DNA of 63,091 nt, filler included, from 7 parts of 7 records of this genome joined end to end with filler, not necessarily neighbours in it; one strand, 5' to 3'. Counted from the first letter of the whole stretch, positions 9,526 to 18,475 are shown. Translations and numbers: made by a program. Notes: generated from the sequence alone by a model not told the origin.

Positions 9526-11277
9526 ATGAAAGAACAATTGATTCGACTGCTCAAAGACAGCGCCGTGCTGATGGAACTCAACGGCGAGAACCCCTTTAAG
9601 TCGCGTGCATACTCCAATGCCGCGCGCGCACTGGAACGCAGCAGCTTTGACCCCGCCAGCAGCACAGCCGAAGAAGTCGATGGCATTTCCGGCGTCGGCA
9701 AGGGCCTGGCCGAGTCAATCCGCGAATTCATGAGCAGCGGCACAATTGCAGCACATGATGAGCTTAAAAACACCGTCCCGGCGGGGCTGTTTGAGATGAC
9801 GCAACTCAAGGGGGTGGGCCCCAAGAAAATTCTGGCGATCAACAAAGAATTGGGCATTGAGTCCATCGGAGAGCTTGAGTACGCCTGCCGCGAAAATCGC
9901 CTGGTAGACCTGAAAGGTTTTGGCGAAAAGACACAACAAAAAGTGCTGGACTCAATCGAGCAGTGGAATCTGCGCAAAGACAACTTTCACCTGGGCCGCG
10001 CAGTTGAAAGCGCCGACGAAGTTCTTGCGGCGCTGCGCAAAGTCGCAGCCGTCCAGCAGGTTGACTTCAGCGGTGAACTGCGCCTGATAGATGAAACCAT
10101 CAGCGCAATCAGCATTATAGCCGCCGCGGCGAACCCCACCGAAGATGTTAAGATAATTGCAGCGGCACTCAAAGACCTTGTGGATGGTATTACGGATGGA
10201 GATGAAACGACCTCCGCGGGAGCACAGCTGCACGGCAGAAGCCACGCGGGCCTGCCGGTTAATGTAAAAGTTGTGCAGGCAGCGGCTTACGTCTGGCAAC
10301 GGCATCAGGACAGCGTTTCGCCCGATTATGCCGATGCTTTTGCGGCGCGCGCGACAGCCCGGGGATTGACCATTGCGGACGCAGGACTACAACGCGACGG
10401 CGAAACTTTCAGCCCGGCGGATGACGCTGAATTATATGCCGCACTCAACTTAACATTTGTGCCCAATGAATTGCGCGACAGCGCCGAACAACTTAATGAC
10501 GCAGAAGCCGGCAGCTTCCACGCTCCACTAAATGATAACGATATGCAGGGGATGCTGCATATCCATACAACCTGGAGCGATGGGCGCGACACTCTCAAAG
10601 ACATGGCAATTGGCGCGCGCGAGCGCGGCTACAGTTACATCTGTTTTTGCGATCATAGCCGCAGCGCATTTTACGCCAATGGACTTGACGTTGAGCGCCT
10701 TACACAACAGCACGCCGAAATTGATGCATTTAATGCTGAGGGGCATGGCATAACAGTCTTAAAAGGCATTGAGTCTGATATATTGCCGGACGGATCGCTT
10801 GATTATCCGGATGAAGTTCTCGAAAGTTTTGACATGGTAGTGGCTTCGGTGCACAGCGTGTTAAACATGTCATACGAAGCCATGACGGCACGTTTGCTGC
10901 GCGCGGTAGAAAACCCCTACACAACAATTTTGGGGCATCCCACCGGACGTTTGTTAATGGCCCGCAAAGCCTACAACTTCGATATGGATGCAGTCCTGCA
11001 GCGCGCTGCGGAGTGCGGCACAGTGATTGAGATCAATGCCAATCCGCATCGCCTGGATCTCTCCTGGCAGAATATCCGCCGTGCCCGCGACCTCGGTTTA
11101 AAATTTGCGGTTAACCCTGACTCTCACCGCGAGGAAGACTTGCGTTATGTACGTTTTGGTTTAATGATCGCCCGCAAGGGCGGCCTGGGACCGCAGGATA
11201 TAGTTAACATGTTAAGCGAAGAAGACTTCCGCAGTTTCCTTAAAGAACAGCGCCAGGCTAAAGTCAGCGCAAGCTGA
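9526..11277 (+). CDS. polX: PolX-PHP protein with degenerate polymerase site
   Basis: GENPFKSRAY, HhH motifs GVGKG/GVGPKK/GFGEK; PHP motifs HIHTTWSDG, DHS, GHP, EINANP, NPDSH. Confidence 0.92.
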   Translation: MKEQLIRLLKDSAVLMELNGENPFKSRAYSNAARALERSSFDPASSTAEEVDGISGVGKGLAESIREFMSSGTIAAHDELKNTVPAGLFEMTQLKGVGPKKILAINKELGIESIGELEYACRENRLVDLKGFGEKTQQKVLDSIEQWNLRKDNFHLGRAVESADEVLAALRKVAAVQQVDFSGELRLIDETISAISIIAAAANPTEDVKIIAAALKDLVDGITDGDETTSAGAQLHGRSHAGLPVNVKVVQAAAYVWQRHQDSVSPDYADAFAARATARGLTIADAGLQRDGETFSPADDAELYAALNLTFVPNELRDSAEQLNDAEAGSFHAPLNDNDMQGMLHIHTTWSDGRDTLKDMAIGARERGYSYICFCDHSRSAFYANGLDVERLTQQHAEIDAFNAEGHGITVLKGIESDILPDGSLDYPDEVLESFDMVVASVHSVLNMSYEAMTARLLRAVENPYTTILGHPTGRLLMARKAYNFDMDAVLQRAAECGTVIEINANPHRLDLSWQNIRRARDLGLKFAVNPDSHREEDLRYVRFGLMIARKGGLGPQDIVNMLSEEDFRSFLKEQRQAKVSAS

Positions 11278-11347
11278 GATGCACTCTGGATTGAAACTGT
11301 TAACTGAATTGATTTAAACTTAAACGCGACACAAAACATTGGACTCC

Positions 11348-12460
11348 ATGCGCAACCGCATCTCACACTTCAAGAGTTTCCTGACGCTTAAGTCTCGCGA
11401 CCTGCTGTGCTGTTGTATATTCCTTTGCAGTTCCGTCTTGCTGGTGACGGCCTGCGGCACAAAACCGGGCGCTAATAACGACAATGGCGAGAATCCTGCC
11501 GAAGATGGCGCGAGCCAACCGGCTTCAGGCTCGCAGCCACGGTCCCTGATGCTGGCCAACGTGGAAAGTGGCCCCGGTGCTGTTGACATATCCCAGGCGC
11601 ACGTAGATGCCGCCTTGAATCTGTCCCTGCAGCTGGTAGATGGCTGGGATTACCTGACGCTGCCAATGCGAAATGCGGCGCTTGACTCACTGACTGCGCT
11701 GGGTCAAACGCCGACGGCGCAGAACATCGGTACGGCATTGGGCGCGGATGCCCTGGCATTTGTGCGTGTAGACAAGGTTCAAAACCTGTTACGCATAGAC
11801 TTGACGCTGCGCAGCGGAACGGAATTCGGCCAGAAGTCACATGGAGTCGGATGGGACATGATTCGCTTCCGTCGCGACCTGGACAACTCGCAGATCAGCG
11901 ACCTGGCTTTAACCAGCGCCCTGCAACGCGGTTTGGCACTTGCGACTGTCGACAGCCTCTTGTTTGCAGAGGTTGAAGAACCGTTTACAAATATGCCTGC
12001 GGCGCCACTGGTAGTAACTGGCCTGGGCATAACTGAAGACGCGCCTTCCAGCTGGGCTTTGTTTGATGAACACATCGTCAACTCGTATCATGCTGTAGTC
12101 GGCATTGCCGAGGAGGCGCGCCGGCACAAAGCTTATGTAGTTGTGGACATCGATACACGCGACAGTATGTATGCGATGAATGGTTTCCACATGGTTGAGA
12201 ACTACCGCCCGCCTTCGGAGATTGAAATTCAGACGCTACAGTTTTTTGGCATAGAATACGTCCTTGGCGGAGCCATGAATCCGGTGCCTGACGACAAGAC
12301 GGGAGCAAACATCGCTGAGATTCGTCTGGACCTGGCGGAGCTGCGCGCCGATAGACTCGTTCCGTTGCGCAGCGTCAACGGCCGCTTGCTACATGATGAT
12401 CGTGATTCACTCACAAACCGCCTGCACGAGTTAACAGCAGAACTGTTAAGCGCGAAGTAG
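11348..12460 (+). CDS. Hypothetical lipoprotein, possibly two CsgG/TolB_N-like alpha/beta domains
   Basis: Lipobox VTAC; two similar segments LGADALAFVRV...RIDLTL and FGIEYVLGG...IRLDL. Confidence 0.6.
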   Translation: MRNRISHFKSFLTLKSRDLLCCCIFLCSSVLLVTACGTKPGANNDNGENPAEDGASQPASGSQPRSLMLANVESGPGAVDISQAHVDAALNLSLQLVDGWDYLTLPMRNAALDSLTALGQTPTAQNIGTALGADALAFVRVDKVQNLLRIDLTLRSGTEFGQKSHGVGWDMIRFRRDLDNSQISDLALTSALQRGLALATVDSLLFAEVEEPFTNMPAAPLVVTGLGITEDAPSSWALFDEHIVNSYHAVVGIAEEARRHKAYVVVDIDTRDSMYAMNGFHMVENYRPPSEIEIQTLQFFGIEYVLGGAMNPVPDDKTGANIAEIRLDLAELRADRLVPLRSVNGRLLHDDRDSLTNRLHELTAELLSAK

Positions 12461-12542
12461 GCGCGGACAAACGCAAAAATTGGCCATTGGTGCAAGTATT
12501 GCACCTGCGGCCTGGTTTCCTCAACAATCTGAAAGCAGTTCC

Positions 12543-12797
12543 ATGCAGATATTTCTATGCCGCGGTTATTCCGGGCAGATTTTTAGATTAAACGCCGCAG
12601 AGGTATTGCCCTTAACTGAGCTTTTACCTGTGATGGCCAACTCCATCGGCCTCTATTCCAGCCACGAAGAACGGCTGGGTGTTTACAACCTGACGCAAGA
12701 CTTTGAGTATCGCGACAACGACACTTTGGAGGGACGCGGCACACGCGAGGGTGATTTGTTAATTGTTGCGGATGGTGGCGTTTGCCACAAACGTTAA
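12543..12797 (+). CDS. Small ubiquitin-like (beta-grasp) protein, 84 aa
   Basis: Starts MQIF; RL and DxxTL...GDLLIV pattern; GG at residues 78-79 followed by VCHKR. Confidence 0.6.
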   Translation: MQIFLCRGYSGQIFRLNAAEVLPLTELLPVMANSIGLYSSHEERLGVYNLTQDFEYRDNDTLEGRGTREGDLLIVADGGVCHKR

Positions 12798-12859
12798 ACA
12801 GCCTGGATGATTAACAGCTTCCAAGTGCAGGTAATATGTAACAATCAGGATTGGCGCGC

Positions 12860-13630
12860 ATGCTTGTAACAGACACAAATTTCGCTGATGAAACCATTGA
12901 GATTCTGGCCCAGGTCGAGTCGATTGCCGTATTAACCGGTGCCGGAATTTCGGCAGAAAGTGGGGTTGCAACCTTCCGCGACAAGGACGGCCTGTGGTCG
13001 CGTTTTGATCCGACGGAACTGGCGAGCATGGACGGCTTTCTTTCTAATCCGCAACTCGTCTGGGACTGGTATCAGTATCGCCGTGGAATCATTGAATCAG
13101 TCAAGCCCAATCCGGGCCACACAGCACTGGCGGAAATGGAGGACTTGTTTCCGCATTTCACGATTTCCACGCAGAATGTCGATCGCCTGCACCAGGCGGC
13201 GGGCAGTAAAAAAGTGTTGGAACTACATGGCAATATTATCGATAACTACTGTGTTGACTGCCGCCGTCCGTTCGAATTTCCAACAGGTGAAATTGAGTCG
13301 GTACCGCGCTGCGACTGCGGCGGCCTGATCCGCCCTGCGGTTGTCTGGTTTGGCGAAAACCTGCCGGAGAACACGCTGAAAGCGTCTGATGATGCGGCCC
13401 AGCGGGCACAGGTATATTTCAGCATAGGCACGTCTGCCGAGGTCTACCCGGCGGCACAACTGCCGATGATAGCGCAGCACAGCGGCGCGATACTCGTGGA
13501 GGTTAACCCGCAGGAGACACCGCTAAGTAAATTGGCGGATTATTCGGTGCGCCTCCCCGCCGGCGAGGCCCTTCCGGCTTTGGTCCAACAAATCAAGGCA
13601 CGCCGTGCACAAATGGGAGGCTCCAAATGA
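12860..13630 (+). CDS. cobB: NAD-dependent protein deacylase (class III sirtuin)
   Basis: TGAGISAESG, YQYR (YxxR), QNVDRLH, ELHG, Zn-binding Cys pairs, RPAVVWFGE, GTSAEVYPAA. Confidence 0.93.
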   Translation: MLVTDTNFADETIEILAQVESIAVLTGAGISAESGVATFRDKDGLWSRFDPTELASMDGFLSNPQLVWDWYQYRRGIIESVKPNPGHTALAEMEDLFPHFTISTQNVDRLHQAAGSKKVLELHGNIIDNYCVDCRRPFEFPTGEIESVPRCDCGGLIRPAVVWFGENLPENTLKASDDAAQRAQVYFSIGTSAEVYPAAQLPMIAQHSGAILVEVNPQETPLSKLADYSVRLPAGEALPALVQQIKARRAQMGGSK

Positions 13631-14007
13631 TTATCGGCCTGGGAACGGATATCGTTGAGATAGTGCGTATCGAAGAAACGCTGGAGCGTTTTGGCCAGCA
13701 GTTCAAGAACAAGATTTTTGCCGAGCACGAACGCATGTACTGCGAGAGCCGTTCGCGGCCGGCGGAGGCATTTGCGGTGCGTTTTGCTGCCAAAGAAGCA
13801 TTTGCCAAGGCGATCGGCACCGGCTGGACCAATATGTTCTCCTGGCGCGATATCAGCGTAGGACGTGATACCGGCGCACACGACGGCAGGCCCTACCTGA
13901 TTCTCAACGGCACTTTAGCCGAACGCTGGGATCACGCACGTTTCCACGTCTCACTTTCGCACACACATCGTTACGCTACTGCAACTGTGATTATCGAATC
14001 GGATTAA
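13627..14007 (+). CDS. acpS: Holo-ACP synthase
   Basis: GLGTDIVEI, RFAAKEAFAKA, VSLSH; ATGA overlap with cobB. Confidence 0.95.
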   Translation: MIIGLGTDIVEIVRIEETLERFGQQFKNKIFAEHERMYCESRSRPAEAFAVRFAAKEAFAKAIGTGWTNMFSWRDISVGRDTGAHDGRPYLILNGTLAERWDHARFHVSLSHTHRYATATVIIESD

Positions 14008-14307
14008 CACCTTGCCTGCGACTTGCCTGTAAACATTCGTTTATTGCTTGCTCCACCTGTATTTCAGCCGAATTCTCGACTGAGATTCGTGTGTTTGATC
14101 CGATTTCTCGGCTAAGTGACTTGTATGTATTCGGTAGCACACCAGCATTTGACTCAATGCCTCGGCTGAGCGGTTTTAGAACCGGCAGTTTGAGGCTGAA
14201 CCGTCAGCGTCACGGCTCTGCGCCTGTCATTCAACGGCTCTGACTGTTCAGGCACAAACATTTGACCCTGGAGGCTCTGCCGCGCAGGGCTAAGCTCGCG
14301 GGTATAA

Positions 14308-14672
14308 CAGACCAGACAACAAGCCTGGGCGGACAGACCTACCACCAAACAGGACAACGAATCCTGACGAACGATCTCGACATTCGCTTTTAACGACTAA
14401 ACCTGGCTATCGGATCTGACAAATTCTGCGGACGTTCACTCCTGATAAACAAACAGGACGACGAACTCGGCCACCAGAAGGGATGATCAGACGCTGCCAA
14501 CTAGCCCTCACGGAAACTCCTGAGGAACAGACCTGACAAATTCTCCGGACGACAAGTCTTGCCGTACAAACCGGGCGTCAAGTTTTGGCGAACAAAACCG
14601 ACGTTCAGAACCGACGTTCAGAACCGACGTTCAGAAACCGACGTTCAGAATCGATGTTCAGAATCGATGTTC
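14308..14672. repeat. Non-coding 13-bp-period tandem array, degenerate at left and near-perfect (AACCGACGTTCAG) at right
   Basis: Six near-identical units at 14596-14672; G-(A/G/C)-C-like core recurs every 13 nt from 14353 to 14626. Confidence 0.8.
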
Positions 14673-14772
14673 NNNNNNNNNNNNNNNNNNNNNNNNNNNN
14701 NNNNNNNNNNNNNNNNTTAATTAATTAANNNNNNNNNNNNNNNNNNNNNNNNNNNNNNNNNNNNNNNNNNNN
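14673..14772. other. Artificial contig linker
   Basis: N-run + TTAATTAATTAA + N-run. Confidence 0.98.
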
Positions 14773-14847
14773 CTGGTCGAGGTGCCGGTGATGCTGTCGC
14801 TGGTGGCACTGGCGAACCGCACGCGCGGACGGTTCGCCAAGGGCTAG
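14773..14847 (+). CDS. acr3: ACR3 arsenite efflux transporter, C-terminal end only
   Basis: Translates LVEVPVMLSLVALANRTRGRFAKG*, the typical ACR3 last helix; ars context. Confidence 0.75.
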   Translation: MVEVPVMLSLVALANRTRGRFAKG

Positions 14848-14862
14848 GGCGGGGCCGCGCCC

Positions 14863-15888
14863 TCAGGCCACCGCGCTCCATGCCAGACCGGCCAGCAGCG
14901 CCCCGGAGAAGCCGAAGCCTGCATAGGCGAAGAAGATGCGCGGCCGCACCAGCGCCCAGACCGCTACGGCGGCGGGAATGCAGCTGACCCCGCCCGCGAT
15001 GACGAAGCTCATGGCCGCGCCGGGCGCCATGCCCTGCTGAAGAAGCGCGTCGATCAGCGGCACAGCGGCGTAGCCGTTCAGATAGGCCGGTGCGCCGATC
15101 AGCGCGCCCAGCACGATCGGCCAGAGGCCGTCTCCGCCAAGGGCGCCCGCGATCATCCCGGCGGGAACGTAGTGCAGCATCACCGCCTCGATGACATAGG
15201 CCAGCGTCAGCCATTTGAGCAGGAACAGCCCGTTGGTCAGCGCCGTTTCGCGAAAGGTGTCGCGGCGCTCGCGCTCGGTCCAGAAGGCCCAGACCGGCTG
15301 GCCGCCGAAGGGTTTCTTGACGCCGCAGCAGCCGCCGACCTTGGGCTGCGTGCGCAGCGGGTCGCGGAACACCGCGCTGCGGGCAAGGGCGCGCGTCCCG
15401 AAGCCGCCCAGCATCGCGATCCCGACCGCCGACAGCGCCTTGGCGATGGCAAAGTCCAGCCCCAGCGCCCCGGCGGTGATCGTGAACATCGCCGGGTCCA
15501 TCAGCGGAGAGGCCAGCCAGAAGGCCATGACCGCGCTGAGCGGCGCGCCCACCGCCAGCAACGCGGCGATGAAGGGGATGACCTCGCAGGAGCAGAAGGG
15601 CGACAGCCCACCCATCACCGCCGCAAGGACGATCATCCGCGTCTCGCGCCCTTCGAACGCCTTGGCCAGCAGGGTCTCGGCGCCCGAGGCCTTCAGGTAG
15701 GCGACGGCCAGCACTGCGAAGAGGATGAAGGGCGCCGTGTGCAGCAGGGCGTTCGCCGTAAAGGTCACGGACGGCCAAAGCTGCGGCCAATCCAGCAGCG
15801 CGACGGCGGCGAGGATCAGGACCGAGGCTGCCCATGCCTTGGGCAGGCGCGGCAGGCGGGCGATGGCAGAGGCAGTGGTATCAGCCAT
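14863..15888 (-). CDS. DUF318/ArsP-like permease
   Basis: PFCSCEVIP, FWLASPLMDP, multi-TM, GGCCG loop; downstream of ArsR. Confidence 0.8.
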   Translation of the reverse strand: MADTTASAIARLPRLPKAWAASVLILAAVALLDWPQLWPSVTFTANALLHTAPFILFAVLAVAYLKASGAETLLAKAFEGRETRMIVLAAVMGGLSPFCSCEVIPFIAALLAVGAPLSAVMAFWLASPLMDPAMFTITAGALGLDFAIAKALSAVGIAMLGGFGTRALARSAVFRDPLRTQPKVGGCCGVKKPFGGQPVWAFWTERERRDTFRETALTNGLFLLKWLTLAYVIEAVMLHYVPAGMIAGALGGDGLWPIVLGALIGAPAYLNGYAAVPLIDALLQQGMAPGAAMSFVIAGGVSCIPAAVAVWALVRPRIFFAYAGFGFSGALLAGLAWSAVA

Positions 15889-16231
15889 GATCGTGGCTCC
15901 CCGAGGGCCGCCCGACGTCGGCGCAGCACTGTTGCAACAGGTAGTCCGACAGTGCCCGGACCTCTTCGAAGTCGGCGCCGGCGCAGATGGTGGACCGCCC
16001 CTGCCGTTCCTGCCGCACCAGACCGGCGGCGGCGAGGATCTTCAGGTGATGCGTCAGGGTCGAGCCGGTGATGCCGCAGCGCGCGCCAAGCTCTCCGATG
16101 CTCAGCCCCTCGGGGCCGGAGCGGACGAGCGCGTGCAGCACCGCGAGCCGCTGCTCGGACCCAAGCGCGGCGAATTTGGACGCCGCGGTCGACGGCGTCA
16201 GGAGGGTCGGGGGCGAGTCTTTCATTTTCAT
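15881..16231 (-). CDS. arsR: ArsR/SmtB regulator with C-terminal vicinal Cys
   Basis: FAALGSEQRL, STLTHHLKILAAAGLV, QQCC. Confidence 0.85.
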   Translation of the reverse strand: MKMKDSPPTLLTPSTAASKFAALGSEQRLAVLHALVRSGPEGLSIGELGARCGITGSTLTHHLKILAAAGLVRQERQGRSTICAGADFEEVRALSDYLLQQCCADVGRPSGSHDHG

Positions 16232-16233
16232 GC

Positions 16234-16289
16234 TTCTAGATTTGTCGAAACGACCAGCCCTGTCAACCATCATTTCTAGACCCTTCGAA
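16234..16289. promoter_or_regulatory. Two putative ArsR operator boxes
   Basis: TTCTAGA-N4-TCGAA at 16234-16249 and 16274-16289, directly upstream of arsR. Confidence 0.55.
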
Positions 16290-16333
16290 CTGTGCCGCTG
16301 GCCCGCCCGCGCGATTGGGCTATCATCGCGCCG

Positions 16334-16915
16334 ATGGCCGACCTGCTCGACGATATCCGCGCCTGCACGCTCTGCGCCCAGCGCTTCGCCGCGACCGAGA
16401 CCGCGCATGCGCCGCGTCCGGTGCTGCGGGTGTCGCCGACGGCGCGACTGCTGATCGCCGGACAGGCCCCGGGCGCGCGGGTCCATGCCTCGGGCAAGCC
16501 CTTCACCGATCCATCCGGAGACCGCCTGCGCGACTGGCTGGGGCTGGACGCGGCCACCTTCTATGACGAGAGCCGGGTGGCGATCGTGCCCATGGCCTTC
16601 TGCTTCCCCGGCTACCGCAAGGGCGCCGACCTGCCGCCCCCACCGATCTGCGCCCGCACATGGCGGGCCGCGGTGATGGACACCCTGCCGGCGCTGCGCC
16701 TGACCCTGCCGGTCGGCGGGCCGGCGCAACGCTGGCACCTCGGCACGCGCGAGGGCGTCACCGCGACCGTGGACCGCTGGCGCGACTTTCTGCCCGGGGC
16801 GATCCCCTTGCCGCATCCGTCGTGGCGCAATACGGCTTGGCTGAAGCGAAATCCCTGGTTCGCGGCAGAGCTTCTGCCGGTGCTCCGGGCCCGCGTGGCA
16901 GAGGTGCTTTCATGA
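16334..16915 (+). CDS. Uracil-DNA glycosylase family protein
   Basis: IAGQAPG, DPSGDRLRDWLG, FCFPG, LPHPSWRN. Confidence 0.88.
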   Translation: MADLLDDIRACTLCAQRFAATETAHAPRPVLRVSPTARLLIAGQAPGARVHASGKPFTDPSGDRLRDWLGLDAATFYDESRVAIVPMAFCFPGYRKGADLPPPPICARTWRAAVMDTLPALRLTLPVGGPAQRWHLGTREGVTATVDRWRDFLPGAIPLPHPSWRNTAWLKRNPWFAAELLPVLRARVAEVLS

Positions 16916-17697
16916 CGACGACCCCGCTCGACACCGCTTTCGAGGCGATGGAACAGGATGGCAGCGACGCCGTCCGCCTGCGGTTCTACGACACCCTCGC
17001 GGGCACGGAGCTGTTCCTGATGCTGTCCGCCGAACCCGAGGGAGAGTCGATCTCGCCCGAGATCTTCGAGGTCGACGGCGCGTCCTACGTGCTGGCCTTC
17101 GACCGCGAGGACCGGCTTTCGGATTTCGCCGGGCGGGCGGTGCCCTATGCGGCGCTGTCCGGTCGGGCGCTGGCGGGGATGCTGGCGCCGCAGGGCATGG
17201 GGCTGGCGCTGAACCTCGAACAGGGGCCGTCGCAGACGCTCCTGCCGCCCGAGGCGCTGGGCTGGCTGGTCGAGACGCTGGGCACCGGCCCCGAGGCCTC
17301 GGAGGCGCGCCCCGAAGTGTTCTCTGCGCCGCAGGTGCCCGAGGTGCTGGTCCGCGCGCTGGACGCCAAGCTGGCAGGCGCCGCCGGGCTGGCGCGCCGC
17401 GCCTACCTCGCCGCCGTGATCTACGAGGGCGGCTCGCGCGGTCATCTGCTGGGCATCACCGGCGCGCCTCCGGGCGCCGAGGCGGCGCTGGCGGGCGCGG
17501 TGAACGAGGCGCTGGTGTTCTCGGGCCTCGACGCAGGCGTGCTGGACGTGACCTTCCTTGCCGACAGCGATCCGCTTGCGGCCTCGCTGGCCCGGGTGGC
17601 GCTGCGCTTCGACCTGCCGGAACCAGAGGCCCCCCGCGTCGCTCTGGAGCCCGTGGCCCCCGGCAGCGACCCGGCCAAGCCGCCGAAGCTGCGCTAG
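16912..17697 (+). CDS. SseB family protein
   Basis: RLRFY...ELFLML, VLAFDREDRL; typical Rhodobacteraceae neighbour of the UDG-like gene. Confidence 0.75.
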   Translation: MTTTPLDTAFEAMEQDGSDAVRLRFYDTLAGTELFLMLSAEPEGESISPEIFEVDGASYVLAFDREDRLSDFAGRAVPYAALSGRALAGMLAPQGMGLALNLEQGPSQTLLPPEALGWLVETLGTGPEASEARPEVFSAPQVPEVLVRALDAKLAGAAGLARRAYLAAVIYEGGSRGHLLGITGAPPGAEAALAGAVNEALVFSGLDAGVLDVTFLADSDPLAASLARVALRFDLPEPEAPRVALEPVAPGSDPAKPPKLR

Positions 17698-17818
17698 GGG
17701 CCCGCGACACGGCATTGTAACAACGCATCCGGCGAAAGCACCGTGGCCAGACGACGGCCCCAGGCGTGCGCGCAGGCGTCCCGAGCAGAGCGGTGATTCC
17801 GGGGAACGGCGGAGCGCC

Positions 17819-18475
17819 TCAGCGCCGGTCGGCGGGGGCGATGTTCACGTCCCGGCCCCATTGCAGATGCGTCTCCATCGCCGCCCGGGCTTCGTCGCTC
17901 GACCCCTTCAGGATCGCCGTCACCACCCGCTCATGCTGTTCGACATTTGTCGCCAGCCGGTCGGGATGGGTGCGGTGGATGTGCTTGGAGAGCCGGTACA
18001 TCTTGTCCCGCATCTGGGCCAGCGCGTGGACCATCTCGCGGTTGCCGTACATCTCGGCCAGCGTGCTGTGAAAGGCGAGGTCGAGGCGGTGATACTCCAG
18101 CGTCGCGCCGGTCTCTGCGGCGCGGCGCTGGTCGGCGATCAGGCCGCGCAGGGCCTCGGCCTGAACCGGGCGCACCTGCCCCGCCAGCCGGTTTGCGATG
18201 AAGGGCTCCAGCAGCATCCGGACCTCGAAGAAGTCCATCACCTCGCGATAGGTGATCTGCGGGACGCGCACCCCGGACTTGGGGATCATCTCGACGATGC
18301 CCTCAGAGCGCAGCCGCTCGACCGCGGAGCGCACGGAGGCCAGCCCCATGTCCAACTGGCCCGCGAGGAAACGCTCGGAATAGATCGCCTCGGGGTCGTC
18401 CGCATCCAGCAGAAGCTGGCGGATCGTCTGATAGGCCTGATCTTTCTTCAGCGGTTTGCGCGCCGGTTCCGTCAT
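17819..18475 (-). CDS. GntR (FCD) transcriptional regulator
   Basis: SERFLA...VRSAVERLRSEGIV wHTH; DLAFH, EQHERV, METHL. Confidence 0.9.
   Translation of the reverse strand: MTEPARKPLKKDQAYQTIRQLLLDADDPEAIYSERFLAGQLDMGLASVRSAVERLRSEGIVEMIPKSGVRVPQITYREVMDFFEVRMLLEPFIANRLAGQVRPVQAEALRGLIADQRRAAETGATLEYHRLDLAFHSTLAEMYGNREMVHALAQMRDKMYRLSKHIHRTHPDRLATNVEQHERVVTAILKGSSDEARAAMETHLQWGRDVNIAPADRR

Noticed and set aside
14596-14672. CRISPR or coding repeat
   Set aside because: 13-nt units without unique spacers; period not divisible by 3; no ORF spans it
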